A stretch of 64,000 nucleotides of DNA from positions 1,488,001 to 1,552,000 of the forward strand of contig CM060733.1 of assembly GCA_030704615.1 (NCBI GenBank), in the 5' to 3' direction. The DNA is from Takakia lepidozioides. Taxonomy: Eukaryota; Plantae; Bryophyta. The notes beneath the pieces are model-generated. The model was not told where the DNA came from. It searched no databases and worked only from the letters and a program-made list of their open reading frames with translations. Made by a program: the position numbers and the translations under genes. Below, piece after piece: positions 36,391 to 50,000 of the stretch (its first letter is position 1; each line of letters opens with the position of its first letter).

Positions 36391-38131
36391 ATGCAACCGG
36401 CCTCTTTTGACTGTATATGACCTTGATTACGGTGCGAGAGATGCAACCTTCGAGTGTATAATTTTGAGCAGGTATGGAAACTTTGAGAAAACTAACATAG
36501 AGTCTTCTGCCTTTTCTTATCTTCGTGCTAATATGACAAACAAGTATGATGGCATCCAAACTGTCACTATCACCATCAGTAGCAACCTTGTAAAGCACCA
36601 TGAAGAATGTTTTGTCAAAACGGCAGCATTGAGGATTGAGAACTTTGGTTTGCGCCCTAAACAGAAGTGGGAGAAAGGGGATAGCGATGTGACAATAAGA
36701 TTCAGCTATGCCACAACTGTTGAAATGCTTACTCCATTCGTTCTTGTTGTGGAGCTCTATTTTTTTCCAACTGAATCAATCTATGAATTTGTATCACGGA
36801 CGTGAGAGAAATTTGTAACCTCCACTCTCTTGGTGGTACCGGAGGCAAATATACAGCAAGTATGACCTAAAAGTTGTCGACGGTATCGGTCTTGAAGATA
36901 TTCGGATTGTAAGTTTTAATCCTATGTTTTTAACTTTACAAAATGACAAATTTGAACATGCAGATTTGACATGATGGTTTTAAAGTTTTATTTCTAGTTA
37001 TCAACTTTCTTCTGATTCACAATGATACAAATGTCTTCATGAACATATAGTTTGAATTTTCATTTAGATGTGTTGGTTTTCACTCATGATAATTGTACAG
37101 CATGCTTACGTCTTCATAATGCTATAGTTAATAGTATGCTATTTTGTACATAGTGTAGGCATTAGACTTTAGTTTTCATCTATATCCTTTTTTTTGCCAA
37201 CATGCTAACAATTTGATATCTATTATTTAGTGACATTATCTCTTACACAATAATAGATATGACAATAGTACGTGTTTAGTTTTAGAAATCTATACAACAA
37301 TAGAGTTTGTGACTTGTTTATGGTGCATTGTAAGTACATTTAATCCATTTTTATAATTTTACAACATGTTGTAAATCTGGTTTTTTCCTTGCAATGGTTG
37401 AAAGTGATATATGTTGTGTTTGATGTCATGTGGGTAAGTTTTATTCCTTCATTTCATTCTGAGTATGAACACTTGACAACTACTTTCCGGACTGGGGGAA
37501 TAGCATGTGTTGTTTTAACGCACATCACAATTACACACAATGGTGATGTTCCACTACTGACATCTTCATCATCAATTTTCACACCTATTCTTGATCATGT
37601 TATACATCATCGCCTTCAAGCAGTTTTTAACACTCTTACGTCATAAAAAGGAGCACAAGCCGTTGTGGCACGACAAATAAGCTTTGAAATATTTTTTATT
37701 CGATCTGTTTCAACATTGTAAGTTGGTTATCTCATTTGGATATAAATTCTGGCCATACAGATTATCTGGGTTTTTTTTGTATGTATCCAACGCAACTTCA
37801 TTTCAAGCGTGTAATATGCTCCAATTGTCATTTCATTGACATTGTCTTGCAACAAGGTGATCTATACTTTTGCAATACAGGTCAAGCAATCCATCCATGT
37901 GCATTAGAAAGATGTATTACTGGTCGCATGTCAAGTACTGCAGCTTCTAGAGTTGATTGTCAAGTTAAGGAAAAATGGTTGCACACAGTTGTAGGACTTG
38001 ATGAATCTGATCTTTTGATAGCACATCAGGAGAATCGTGTGAGTGTAGTTGGTCGGATCTCCAAAATTTGATTGAGATGCATATTTGCACTTAGCCATGT
38101 CTCTGAAATTGTAGGATATGATGCAACTTAG
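36391..38131 (+). pseudogene. Degenerate RPA70-like OB-fold gene, probably Helitron-borne
   Basis: ORF 36407-36805 resembles an N-terminal OB fold (TISSNLVKHH..LRIENFGL..IRFSYATTVEML). ORF 37736-38071 resembles the Zn-ribbon OB fold (ICSNC..YFCNTG..VVGLDE). Stops and frameshifts are present, in an AT-rich context. Confidence 0.55.
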
Positions 38132-38304
38132 ATAATTTGATTCAAATTAGTTTTCATCTATTTTAGTTGTCGTCATTGAACGCAAAACATTAAACATAAA
38201 ACTTACATTGGTGGTGGTTCACTATCACATTTCAGAATATTTTCATTGTCGTTTCTTGGTTTAAATGTTGGTTGCAAATGAAGAACTGTTTTATATTATA
38301 ACTT

Positions 38305-39138
38305 CGTTATTGTTGATTTGTTATTATCTTCTTGAAGTTGTTAGATCTTATTGAAAAAAAACTGTAATTAATCAATAAATTTATTCTATAAAATATAGTA
38401 CATATTTATCAATTTTTATTTTTCTTAAATTTGTTATATATCTCTTTTTAATGAATGTAGGTGATATTTTTATTTTAGATTTTTAATCAATAAATGATTT
38501 TTTATGTCTAGTAATATCCATAACTTTTCCGATTTTCAAAACCTTTATTTTTTTCATATCTTAGATCCCTTCATGTCCCCATAGATCCATCAATTTATAT
38601 ACAAATGAAGAATTAAGTTTTTTACAAAACTGATTTAATTTGAATATATTACGTCTTTATAGTATTGACATTTGCAATCTTTAGAAGTTAAGAGAGAGAG
38701 AAGACTCTGGTCAAAACCGGCGTAAGTAAGAGCCACTTTGCCTTGCGGCTACTGCCCCATTTTGGGGGTGGGCCCTATGTTTAGAAGTTAATATAATTCT
38801 ATTATATATTATAAACTTATTTTGTTGTTGATTTATTTTTATTTCTTAAAAAATATTGTGATTAATCAATATTTATAATCTATAAAATAAAATAAAATAT
38901 TTATCAATCTCCAATTCTTCTTAAATTGTTGTATATCATTTTTTAAATGAATGTAGGCGATTTTTTATATTAAATATTTTATTATTAAAGGATATTTTCA
39001 GTCTAGTAATATGCTTTTCCCTTCAATAATCTCAAAAAATTCTCAAAAAATTAAAAACAAATATCCACATTTTCCAACTTTTCAAATTCTCAACTTCTTA
39101 GATCCTTTCAGGTCCCTTTAGATCCATCAATTTATATA
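38305..39138 (+). repeat. Diverged ~300-bp AT-rich direct repeat (about 38305-38600 and 38820-39138)
   Basis: Shared blocks in the same order: ttaatcaata..ctataaaata, aatgaatgtagg, gtctagtaatat, cttagatcc and tagatccatcaattt. Confidence 0.8.
38692..38779 (-). mobile_element. 88-bp retroposed insertion with (CT)n tail and 12-bp TSD
   Basis: TTTAGAAGTTAA at 38680-38691 and 38780-38791 flanks a GC-richer insert that ends in ctctctctc on the minus strand. Confidence 0.75.
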
Positions 39139-40529
39139 TATCATTTCACATTTACTATCATTAACGTTGTAAAATTATTATTTTCATATACTCTTAAGGT
39201 TATTATTATTATTTATCATATATTGTTTTATAATATCATTTATAATTTACAATTCTAATTCATGAAGATCTATATTTAATTATTTAATTATTAATAATAT
39301 ATATTTTCACCACATTTGCTTTATGCAATCTTATTTATAGTTTATCAAATCTACCTATAATAATAATAATAACTATAAAATAATAATGATTTATTACTAA
39401 CAAATACATATATTATTCACAAATTACTTTTTTTGAACATGGATATATATTTTGTCTTATTGGAGTATGCATATGCATCCAAAGAGTTGCAACAACAAAG
39501 CATAATTTATTTCTTATAAAATTATCAAACCTCCAATGGAGCTGAGAAGACTCCTCATACTTGTCTCCCCGAAATTTGACAGGGAGATTAATTGGCGCGG
39601 CCATGTCAACAGTAAACAAATCACTAGGCTCAGCTTCGATCGTTGAGGGCGCTGGCCCATTGTTCACCGCTTGGGCTTCTCGCTCGCTTACTTCGCAAGC
39701 TCGCCCACCTTCACTATGATGCTCTATTTTCTTAGTTTTGGAGTCCTTTCACTTGTCGCGATGAGTTTGGCTTGTGAGGGCCCCCCCCTGGCTCCTTCAT
39801 CGTTTTTTCAGCTCTGACTGTTATTTTTGACTCTCTTGGGTTTGCCCTTGCCGTTTTTTTTATATTTATTTATTTAATAATGAACAGGGGGATTGTAGCC
39901 CTGGAAACTTTATTTAAAAGGTAAGGAAAAAATAACCTTACAATTGCCATGAAGGCTCAGTAAAGAGGTGTGAGGTTTGCTTGGGGGTTTTATTTTTTCC
40001 CCCATTGCTAATAAAGTTTTCCTCTCAGTTTGAAGAAAAAGAAAAAGAGAAATAAAGGCAGTTTTGTTATGGACTGAGCAAGTGAGAGCAGGTAGGCACA
40101 CATGGCTGCCATGAGGGCGGCCAACAAGCTGCCCAGCATGACCGTAACGCTGACATTGCTGTGACGGCCAGGGCCTGGGCTTGGACTGGTTCCCGTTTCC
40201 TTTGAATGCCAGTGTATCTTGCCTGTAAGTGTGAACCGCGTGGATCGATCGAGCGCTTGGTATTCAGTCAAACAATCGCTTTGGTCAGTCTTGTGTCAGC
40301 CGCTTGCAAAAGTCTTACGTTTCTCGCATGCCATATTTTGGTGTTGGTGGTCACGTCGTCACACGCAGATCGTTCGTTGTCACAGGCTTTTTGTGAGCTT
40401 CTCCGAGTACACTTGGCTCTGGCTGCTGTACTTCTTCTTCCTCCCTGTGAAAAAACCATCCGGTGTCTGCGTCCTCTAAGGCCGCCGCTGTCGTTTCCAG
40501 GCATTTCATCTCACTGTGGTTAATAAGCC

Positions 40530-43500
40530 ATGGAGGCTCTGTTGCTTACAGGCCCCGCACCCGTAGCGCCGCCATCTTCCCCCTCGCTATCCTCATCTCC
40601 CTCTTCTAAATCGTCTCCCTCGATGGCTTTGTCTAGTCCCTTTTTTGGTTCTCCCATGCAGTCAGCGATCCTTAGGAAAACTGCGTGCAGGGGCGTCAGC
40701 CGGCCCATTCAAATCGTTGCCACTGACAGCGCGAAGCGGGTGGTGCCATATGCCAACTATGCAGTTCCTCTGGAACCATCCAAGGAGTTGTCATTTATCA
40801 CCCGTTCCCTGGCTGAAATCCTCCGGGACATGAACAAACGAGTTCCCGACAAGATTTTGAAAGTCAAGAATGACGAGGGTGTGAATCTGAAGTATATTCC
40901 ATGGTATGAACCTTACATCTTTTAATCTCTCTAGTGTTTTACAAGTATATGCATGTTACTGCTGCATTGCTCATCGGCACAAGCTCGTCTCAAGCTTGTG
41001 TCCTAGTCCTCAACGTAAATCTCCCTCGCAGGAGCAGTCAAGTCGCGAGTAATATGAATTATTTCATCATAGATTGCGAGAGATCACATTTTCTTCGACA
41101 GATCTTTATGAAGGTAGTATCAACTCCATTAAAATCAGGATTATTGTTTTTGATGTCACTGACATTCTAAGCCCTAAGTGCTAGTTCAGGTATCCATATG
41201 TTGAGTTCGGAAGTCAGTCTCAGTACACTTTGTCCCTCGGAAATTACAACGTCATTAATATATTCAAGTGTTTGCCTGCCGATAACTACAATCTCTTTGA
41301 TGCATATACTCACTGGACGCCTGGCCACTCCTACCATGTCACTGGATCACTCATTTGATCTGTGGCCTCTCCTCGCACTTGTTTTGAAGTTCGTCTGCAT
41401 GTATAATTGTGATTGAAAGTGAGCCATCAATAGCTGTTGACATTAATCGGCAATTTCAGATTGCTGGCTACAAGACCTTGCAACTGACTGGCAGACACAT
41501 GTCTGACATCAGTTGAAAGTTGTCACTTATGTGTGATCCCAGTATCTTTTCACTTTCCAACTTCAGAGGTCTACAAATTTTATGATGTCAATTGAGCTCT
41601 GTCAGTCACAGATACGTTTCCATTAGCCTAACTAACACCTTCAAATTGGCTTCAACTGGGGTGACATTGTTCAGGATCTTAAGCAATGTAGCTTCGCAGG
41701 TAACTCTGCTCCTTCTGCTAAAAGTTATCCCAGTCCTCCCTTCTTTGGAGAGGAGGCAGGCTCAATACAGAAGAAGCTTGCTTCTAGTCTCATTTCATAC
41801 TCTGGAAATGGATGGTAAAGAGACCTTGTACTTTACCATCAAGGTAAAGTACATCTAGTCATCTTGTTATTACAGTCAGTTGGTTCAGCAACTGCAAATC
41901 CGCCGAACACTGATATGGAGTTGAGGTTTCGTGGGGGTTGCATTGATAGGATTGAGAGAACAGTGAGCAATTTGTCAGGCAGATTAGCTGCAAAACAAGT
42001 TGCTAGTTGAACATTCTTCTGTGGATGACTAGTATGGAGAAGAGCAATGGACCAAAATGCATGATAATGTCAAGTAAAATTTCAAATTGTTCTTGAGGTC
42101 AGATGCAGTCACAGTAGAAGAGATGGTGCTGCAACTACATGAAGCATTGCTCAAAGAGTTTCATACCGGGCCCAAATCAGACACAACATGCTGAAGAGAA
42201 GGCCTCACTCTCCCTGAGAATGTAGGTCAGCAAAAGGTTGGGAACAAGTTAGAATCTGCAGCCTGGGCCTTTGCAACCAGGTGGAACTTGAGATATGCCC
42301 TGATTGTCCTTAATAATTAGCTTCAAGTCTTCGCATCAGATCTTGCAGGGAATGATGGGATTTTTGCATCCTATGCAAGCTCGTATAGAGAGAAAGAGGG
42401 AGATGGCACAATTCAACTTCTGCACACAAACAGATCTAGTCTGTTTTTAAGTCTCTTTATTATTTTCTGTGACTACAAAAAGAATATACTTCTATGAGAA
42501 TTAAGGTTTTCCCTTTCAGGAGACAGCATGTAGTATCTTGGAAGAGTTAGAGTTTTATGTGCTGGTGGTCAAGCCAGTTCATAGGCTGTGTCTATGCATG
42601 TGTGTTATCGTTTGTTGTTGACTATGGGAGTGCGACATGCATTTCTTTTTCCTAGTATCATTTGTAGTCGTATTTTTCCTTTAGGTTGTTGCATGGGTTG
42701 TGTAGAGGGCCTGCATTTACAAGGATCGGATGCTCTTTTTTACTAAGTAGATGGCTGTTGAAACTGGAACTGGTATCTTTGTGCAGGTACCATGCAAACC
42801 GGATGCTCAGTTTTTACGCTCCAGGTCTGTTTTTTCACTATGGCCCTCATTTGCATGATAATCGTGCTACAGTGGTTGTATTTCTGCATTACTAATTGTT
42901 TGATGCAGTCTGTTGATTTTGTATTAGCCATCCACCACTCCTTGCCAACTGTTCGTACCATGTCGCTTGCTGTTACTGTTTGGGGAGTGAAAATACCGTG
43001 TGTGGATGCTATCTGTACTTGATGTCTGCTTGCTTTGTTTCTTTGTTTAATAACTTGGCTTGTCTTTGGTTTGATGACTAATATTCATTATGAGTGAAGG
43101 GTGGAGTGGCGAGGTACGCAGCATGAATTTCTCGCCAGATGGCTCATCAGTGACGGTGGTCTACCGCGTCACGATACGTGGCTCTGATGGCGAGGTACCT
43201 TTAATCTTTTGCCCCCCCCACCCTCTCTCTCTCTATCTCTCTCTCTCTCTCTTGTTTCTCCTCTCTCATGGTTCTGTCCAAACTGGGCGCAGGGTCTATG
43301 GCCACAAGGCTACGGTAAACAAAGTATGAGTACATCTCTCTTTCTTTCTCCGGAATTTTTCTATGTGCCACTTTCGAATTGACTGTTTTACAGATCTCTT
43401 AGTTTTAAGAATATACCTTTTGGTCTCAGTCCAGACAAGAAAGTGGTCAGATGTACCAACTGGGATGTGCATATACAAAAAGTGGTTCCAACAGCTGAAC

Positions 43501-45372
43501 GCAAAGTTTGGGGTCTCACTCAGTTTTTCCACTTTAGAGTGATTAATACTGAAGCTAAGAGGACCATGCTTTGCAACACTATTAGGCCTACCTTGGACGC
43601 ATCTGCCATGTGGAAGGGCAACTCCAACCATGCTACAGTATGTGGGGTTCACACCCACCGGGTTTTAGCTTATCCCCACAGCTCACCTGCAGATATAAAC
43701 TTATTTTCCCACAACTGCCATTAAGGTGCCCACACACACACACACATACACATGCACATAATGTACTCATGAGACGGTGTTTGCTGTAGCCTTGTGGCCA
43801 TAGACCCCATGCCCAGTTTGGGCAGAGACAAGAGGGAACATACACTACCTTTGTGAGGGGCTTATTTCAGTAGTGGGACTTAACGTTGGTAGAAACAATT
43901 GGTTCAGGCCTTCCAGATTTCCTCTAGAATTCCCCTCACACAGGCATCAATCTGCTGCGTGTGAGCTGCCAAGCAATTAGAGCCCAACAGGGCCAGGGAT
44001 TTAGGTTCAGCCTCGAGACTTTGTGAGTTGGTGAACAGAGGTGCAGTCTATGTTATTGATGGTCCTGAAGAGGGTCGCTCTCTGAGGAGAATGCCACTCT
44101 ATCAGAAAATGGATATTGTCTTCAAGGTGGTACGCCAAACTTGCCCCAAACAGCCACATTAGCTGTTCTAGACCACGCTGACATGCTCTCTCTCTCTTTT
44201 CCCTTCTCTTTGCTACAGTACACAACGTATTACCAGTACATTTTTTTGTTCTCCCTCTCTGGGCGAGGTTTGGTGTTTTTGAAGTGGTTTATTGTTCTAC
44301 TTGTCCCATTTGGCCCTTGGGCACCCCTGGTGTTTCTTTTGTCTAGTTCGATGTGAGTTTCTTGTTGTTCTACTTTGGACATTGGGCCCTCTGCAACCTC
44401 TGTGAGTGTTACAAAGTCTCTTTCTCTCTTTATCTCTGCGGCTTTGGCCACAAGTCTACTACAACGAACATTGCAGAAGTTCATTTCTCACTCTCTGTCC
44501 CAAGGCTACTGCAAACAAAGTCTCACGAGTACTTTCTCTAAGTCAGTAGATTGTGGTTGACTGTATGAAGCCTATTGCACTTTTTGGTTGAGTTATCACA
44601 CCCTCCTGGGGTGGATATTGCGCCACTGGGTTGGGAGAGTTGACAGCTTGCAGGGAGTATGGCCCGAAGGGTGTGTCATAGCCAACATTCACAGAGAATG
44701 GACAATGAGTACAATATATGTTGCTTCATTCTGCCCTGAGTCCCACCCTCTACCCCGGTTTTCAGCTCCACCCAAATGGGGCCCAAGGGTATGGCATGCA
44801 CAGTCTATAAGTATAAGACTTTGGGGTCAATGCCAGACCCCTATATTCACTTCTCAAGTTCCCTTCAACTGGATTTGCTTTGTCAGCCAGTAGCTAGAAG
44901 AGTTAGAAGAGTTAGTGTCCTACCCCTCAAGGATGTCTCGCAGCCAAACATTTGCTGGGATGGATTAATGAGTAAGTCTGCCATCCTGGAAGATAAGCTC
45001 AATAGCTCAGTAAAATTTGGATTGATCTGAATATTTCCAATCACCAAGACTTTCCTTCTGGGTTACTCAATGATTGCAAGGCCCTCGTGTATTGTGTCTA
45101 TATCCTTAGTGATAATTATGGCTGTATTTGGGTAGCACCAATTCTCTAAAAAGCACAACAATGTTCGAAGGTGTGTCTTTACTTGTCGTAATCAAGCACT
45201 ATTCAAGACACTGTGGTTGTTGCAGCTATGGCGGGAATCTTCAGGGTCAGCGGCAATGAATGATATCCAATTTGGGGACCCAGTCCAAAAGGCTGAAGGG
45301 ATGGCCTTTCGTCGGGCCTGTGCCCGTTTTGGGCTTGGCCTGTATCTCTACCATGAAGATGAGGTTGTGTAA
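40530..45372 (+). CDS. RAD52-2: Plant RAD52-2/ODB2-like single-strand annealing protein, plastid-targeted
   Basis: Exons 40530-40902, 42787-42824, 43100-43194 and 45226-45372. Ser-rich transit peptide, then NYAVPL..ITRSLAEILRDMNKRVPD, IPWYHANRMLSFYAPGW, VTVVYRVTIRGSDGE and AFRRACARFGLGLYLYHE. Confidence 0.93.
43222..44540. mobile_element. Mosaic of RTE-X-like LINE and SINE fragments in RAD52 intron 3
   Basis: (CT)n then a + terminal copy 43268-43345; + thumb fragment 43450-43635 (homologous to 27985-28170); SINE head 43640-43720; - 3' copy 43762-44190 (EDNIHFLI); + tail remnant 44440-44540. Confidence 0.8.
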
Positions 45373-47064
45373 AAGGGTTTACTGCCCACTTCAGATTGAT
45401 TTCAAAACAGGTGATCCAGCAGGATATGTGAAGACTAATTTGTGTGAGTGCTTATACTTTAGCTTAGCAGGAGACTGTTAGAGTCTTTATCCTTGAGTTA
45501 GATGCTTTGTACATGCAGGCCAACTGCAGGGGACAAATTTGAGCTTTCTATCAAAATTAGGAGTGGGTTTTGGGAATCCTGTAACAGGGTTTCGCAGCGG
45601 CTTCAGGGTGGGTCAGTGACCCTCTTAGATCACATCCCTCAAGCTCTGATATTATGAGCTGAGGTATGGAGTCGAGCACACTTGGGTGCTTGAAGGTTAT
45701 GTAGCAGATTAATACTCAGAAAGCTAATTGGACAATGGCACAACCTACCACAATTGAATGTGGACATCGTGGTACATCTTGGGACATGGATGTATCATTT
45801 AGCCGCATTAGTTCAACATGTAAGCGCAACTTCCTAGAACACTTGTTGGCTTATGCTGGTTTATGCAGAGTAGTTTACTGTCAAATGCTCCTAACAGTGT
45901 TTATAGTTGAGGAGTCATGTTTCCTGAAAAGACGTTGGCTGTGCAAATCATTTGATAAACAACATGTAGAGCATTGTGTGTCCCTGACAGATAATTTTGA
46001 ACCTAAACAATTTTTGGCCAGCAACCCCACATGGCAGTTGAGGCCAGTGAGCAGGGGCCTACAACACTCAACATGGATTGAACACTCATAAGGAGACTTT
46101 AGTGGACGTGGTGTGCCATCAGTCCCCACTGTCTGCATAATCCTAATGCCTGTGGAGTACTGTTTTAATTATCAGCTATGTTGAAGAGACGAGATGGCAT
46201 GCTAGTACAGTTTTTGTTCAGCTTGAAGGGCCACAAATGTGTATCCATAGATCAGTTGCCTGCCTGATCAAGAATGTGACGAGGAAAGCACTAAGCAGGT
46301 AAAAAGACTAATTTCCTCCAAAAATCTATGGCCGAAATTGAAGCTCTTTGTGGACCTGCTGGCGAAGGGGTCCAAATCTTTGCTAGTGATTTGCAATCAT
46401 CTTCTCAGTTGCCAACAAACATGAGGCTTGCTTCCCAATTTCACTAATGTGCTGGTTGCTTCTTGACACAGACCCCCTCTAAAATAAAAAAAACCATATG
46501 AGCTGCAAGCCACAAGAATACTTCCACAATATTGTTGTGGACGATTGTCTAACAAAAATTGAAGAAGAGATAGCAAACATACAATTCTTTTAATAATATT
46601 GTAATAAAAAGAATATCAATACAACTGAGTTAGGACCTCTGACACTGTCCTGTTACTTAAAAATGGTAAAATAAAGAAATCAGAAAGTAGCAACCCATGG
46701 TAATCCTGGCCTCAAGAACGTGCCTAACTTAGTTTGCCGTGCATGTGTAACAACAACCACAGAATGTGCACCCAATGTTCTGTTTGTATAGTGTTGGAAA
46801 GGATACTTTTTGGATGTTGATAGTTGATACCTGTGTATAAGAGGGATTTGGTGAGAAATCACACCAACATATTTCAGATAATTGTGGCATATTGCCAAGA
46901 TTACCACACAATTTCTCTTCTCCATTGCTTCAGCTCTTAACTGAACAATGAATCAAATTAGCTCACCTTACTCGACTCAATAAATGTCCTTTCAATCTTT
47001 CAAACTGTGGGCTCAACACCAATTGTAATTATAGTGGTGAAAAAGCAGTATGTGCACTACCAAC

Positions 47065-50000
47065 TCAGGTTTCATCAACTTTTTGAGCTGGTGTAAGAAT
47101 CCTGTTCTCAACCCCAGTTGTATCAAGTGCATACACTCTCTTGTACTTGTACCAATGAGCACAAGCAAGGTAAAATAGAAAATTTATGGAGCTAAGAATG
47201 GCAAGAAACCAGTAAAAGTAGTCTAGCCGACTCCGATTAAGGTTATTGGTGAGCCAACCAGGGTGACCGCCATGGCGTGTTACCCTATTCACAGCAGTCA
47301 CAATCACACTACTCAAGAAATGCCCACAAGCTATGGTACTCAAATATATTGCAGTGCCCAGACTCCGCATTCTATCAGGGGATTCATTGTAGAAAAACTC
47401 CAGCTGCCCAATCTGTGTGAAAATTTCAGTGCTCCCTCGAAGAAAGTATTGGGGGATGAGCCAGAAGATGGAAATGGGAACCATGACGTGTGGCTTATCC
47501 AGCAGCCCGTGCTCACGTGCCACATTGACCCGCTTCACCTCCACAAAGCCAGCAACCACCATAGCCAAAATCGAGAATACAATGCCCACTCCAGTTCTCT
47601 GGAGCATAGTTATGCCTTGTGGGTGACCAGTAAATTTTCGTATGAAGGGCACCAACAACCGATCATACAGAGGGAGGATAAGGAGAACATTGAAAAGCTC
47701 AAAGACTGAGAGCGAAGCGGGAGGAAATGTGAAATGGGGTCCCATTCGGTGGTCCATGGTGGCTCCCTCCTCAACAGAGAAAGTTTCCATCTGTGCCAGT
47801 GCAGTCCAGACAATGATAGTGCTCGCCCAGATGGGTAGAAGCCTCAGAATCATCTTTACCTCTTCTACTTGAGTTACTGTGCACAGCAGCCAGGGGCTTA
47901 CCCCATCATCTTCAGTCTCAATGGGCATCGCTGCTCTGTCAAGGAATCTATCCAACAGCACTAGCCAAATGAGTTCTTTGCTTGTTTCGTTTTGTTCCTC
48001 CCCATCTCCTCCCTCCTCCCTCCCTTGCTCCCTCAATAAGTAAACACCTAGCCCCGAGACAACCTTCTTATACTGTAATACACACCGCTTTTCAACACCT
48101 GCAAGATTGTCAGCTTCCTTGAAAGAAGCCCTTTGGATTGTGTTGTGTCTGTGGACCTAACTTAACCTACAAACAAAAGTAACAGGTATCATGTGCAAAG
48201 ACTAAAGATGTACACACAGTTATGTTGAAATCTGATAGGAAGACATCAAACCACTCATGACCCAGTGGAGGCTTACCGAAACTGCTCAGTGTGACTGAGT
48301 TTTTCAATTGGTGCCAGGCCTGAAATAGGGCCTTCATAGAGCAAATTGTCATCACAGGCCTGGACCTTCCCCTTGCGAACTGCTGCCACGAGCACCTGGG
48401 CTATGCTAGTCAGTGGGCTCCCTCGAGGAACCTTGAATCGATAGATCCTGGAACCTCCAAGAAAGACAATGACAGCCACAACCATAGCTGCTGCTGGGAT
48501 ACCAAATCCCCAACCAAAACCCACATTGTCCTGAGAATTGAAGAAGATGTGGGTCAGCAACAAATGACATGAACCCTCTGCTATCTATGGACTTGCTTGC
48601 AAGTTTCTTCAGCTAGTAACAGATTCATGTAAATACTAAACAGCAATCATAGACGCCATCAAGTAACACATGAGATTAAAGGGTGATGTAGTCTTACCTG
48701 AATGTATACAAACACCGTAACTGAGAGAAGGGAGCCAATGGAGATGAAAAAGTAAAACCAATTGAAGAAGTGTGACATGTGCTTCTTCTCATTTGGGTCT
48801 CCTTCATCAAATTGGTCGGCGCCCAAGCTCGAAACATTAGGCTTTATGCCTCCATTTCCTAGAGCAATAAGGTAGAGTCCCAAGTAGAGGATAGCTATTT
48901 GGAGTCCATGAGCTGCCCGGCAAGGAAGATTGGGATCAGATGGGCAAGGAGGCGGTCTAAGTGATGGAAGTGACGCAGACAGAGTCAGAAACACCATGCC
49001 CTGTGTGATCCAAATCATCCACATTACTTGGCTACCAAACCCTAGTAAAGGTGGTCTCAATTTTACAAGCTGAGTGAGCTAGACAAACTGTAATGGTGAC
49101 CTTACAATATAAAAGTATATAAAGATTAGATATTCATGATTATTGATCTTTAATATTCATGAAGGAAAGAAATGAAATGAAATGAAACTTATAATGTCCC
49201 TGGGAAGCTCAAAAAACTTATGAGACAAAAGAATGAAAGAAACAAGAACAACAGTGGGACCCTAAACAAGCCCGAAACCCACTCTTTCATACTGAGGCCA
49301 ACAGCCGACCACAACTTCAGAACTAGAACAGGGTCTCTCCAAGAGAAAGCTTCATGTCACCTGCAGATGACAACGCGACGCGCACACAATCTACAACAGA
49401 GTCTCTCCAAGACCTGAACAAGCGGTTGCAACTCAAACACCTGCAAGTATTATTATCATTCTACCGGGGTCTTGGGTTAGGCACCACTTCCAACCTAGAT
49501 TGGTGCGGCCAGCTGCCGATGGATTCCAGACCCTCAATGACACTTACTGTTGAGTATTAATGTGCTTGGACTACAGGCATCTCATGGCAGTTTGAACCTG
49601 ACCTTACCGGCAGTTAGACACTTAAGAAAACAATACACAAAACTTGTTATGAAGGGTACATGTGAAGGGTACATGTTATGAAGGGTACTGTGATGCAGTT
49701 CAGAAATCCCTTGTGTATGCCAGAAGTCTTCTGCCAAGAACACTCAACAGTTCCTGCCTTCAATGGCTTCAACTTACATGCCAAACTAGTGAGCAGAGAT
49801 TAATAACTCACCACCAACTGAATGGCTGCAAATACTGCAATGGCCCAGAACCGACCTATGTAGGCATCCGCCGCAAATCCACCAATAAAAGGAGTCAGAT
49901 ATAATGCACCCACAAAATTGGACACCATATTGGCTGATTTTGGGTTGCTGATATGCATCTTAGTGGTAAAATATGTGACCAGGTTACGCTGCAGCCCCAA

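Noticed and set aside
599-45372. Functional cluster of division and genome-maintenance genes (formin, CENP-C, RPA-like, RAD52)
   Set aside because: They are interspersed with unrelated genes, the RAD52 is organellar and the RPA-like piece is probably TE cargo. Adjacency alone is not evidence.
45540-45720. TRIM-like mini LTR element (PBS-like gctctgatatta next to PPT-like catccctc)
   Set aside because: The flanking sequences share only about 6 bp, so there are no recognisable paired LTRs or TSD.
47263-47709. 148-aa + strand ORF and similar short ORFs overlapping genes
   Set aside because: Antisense shadows of NPF and other exons with no independent motif support.
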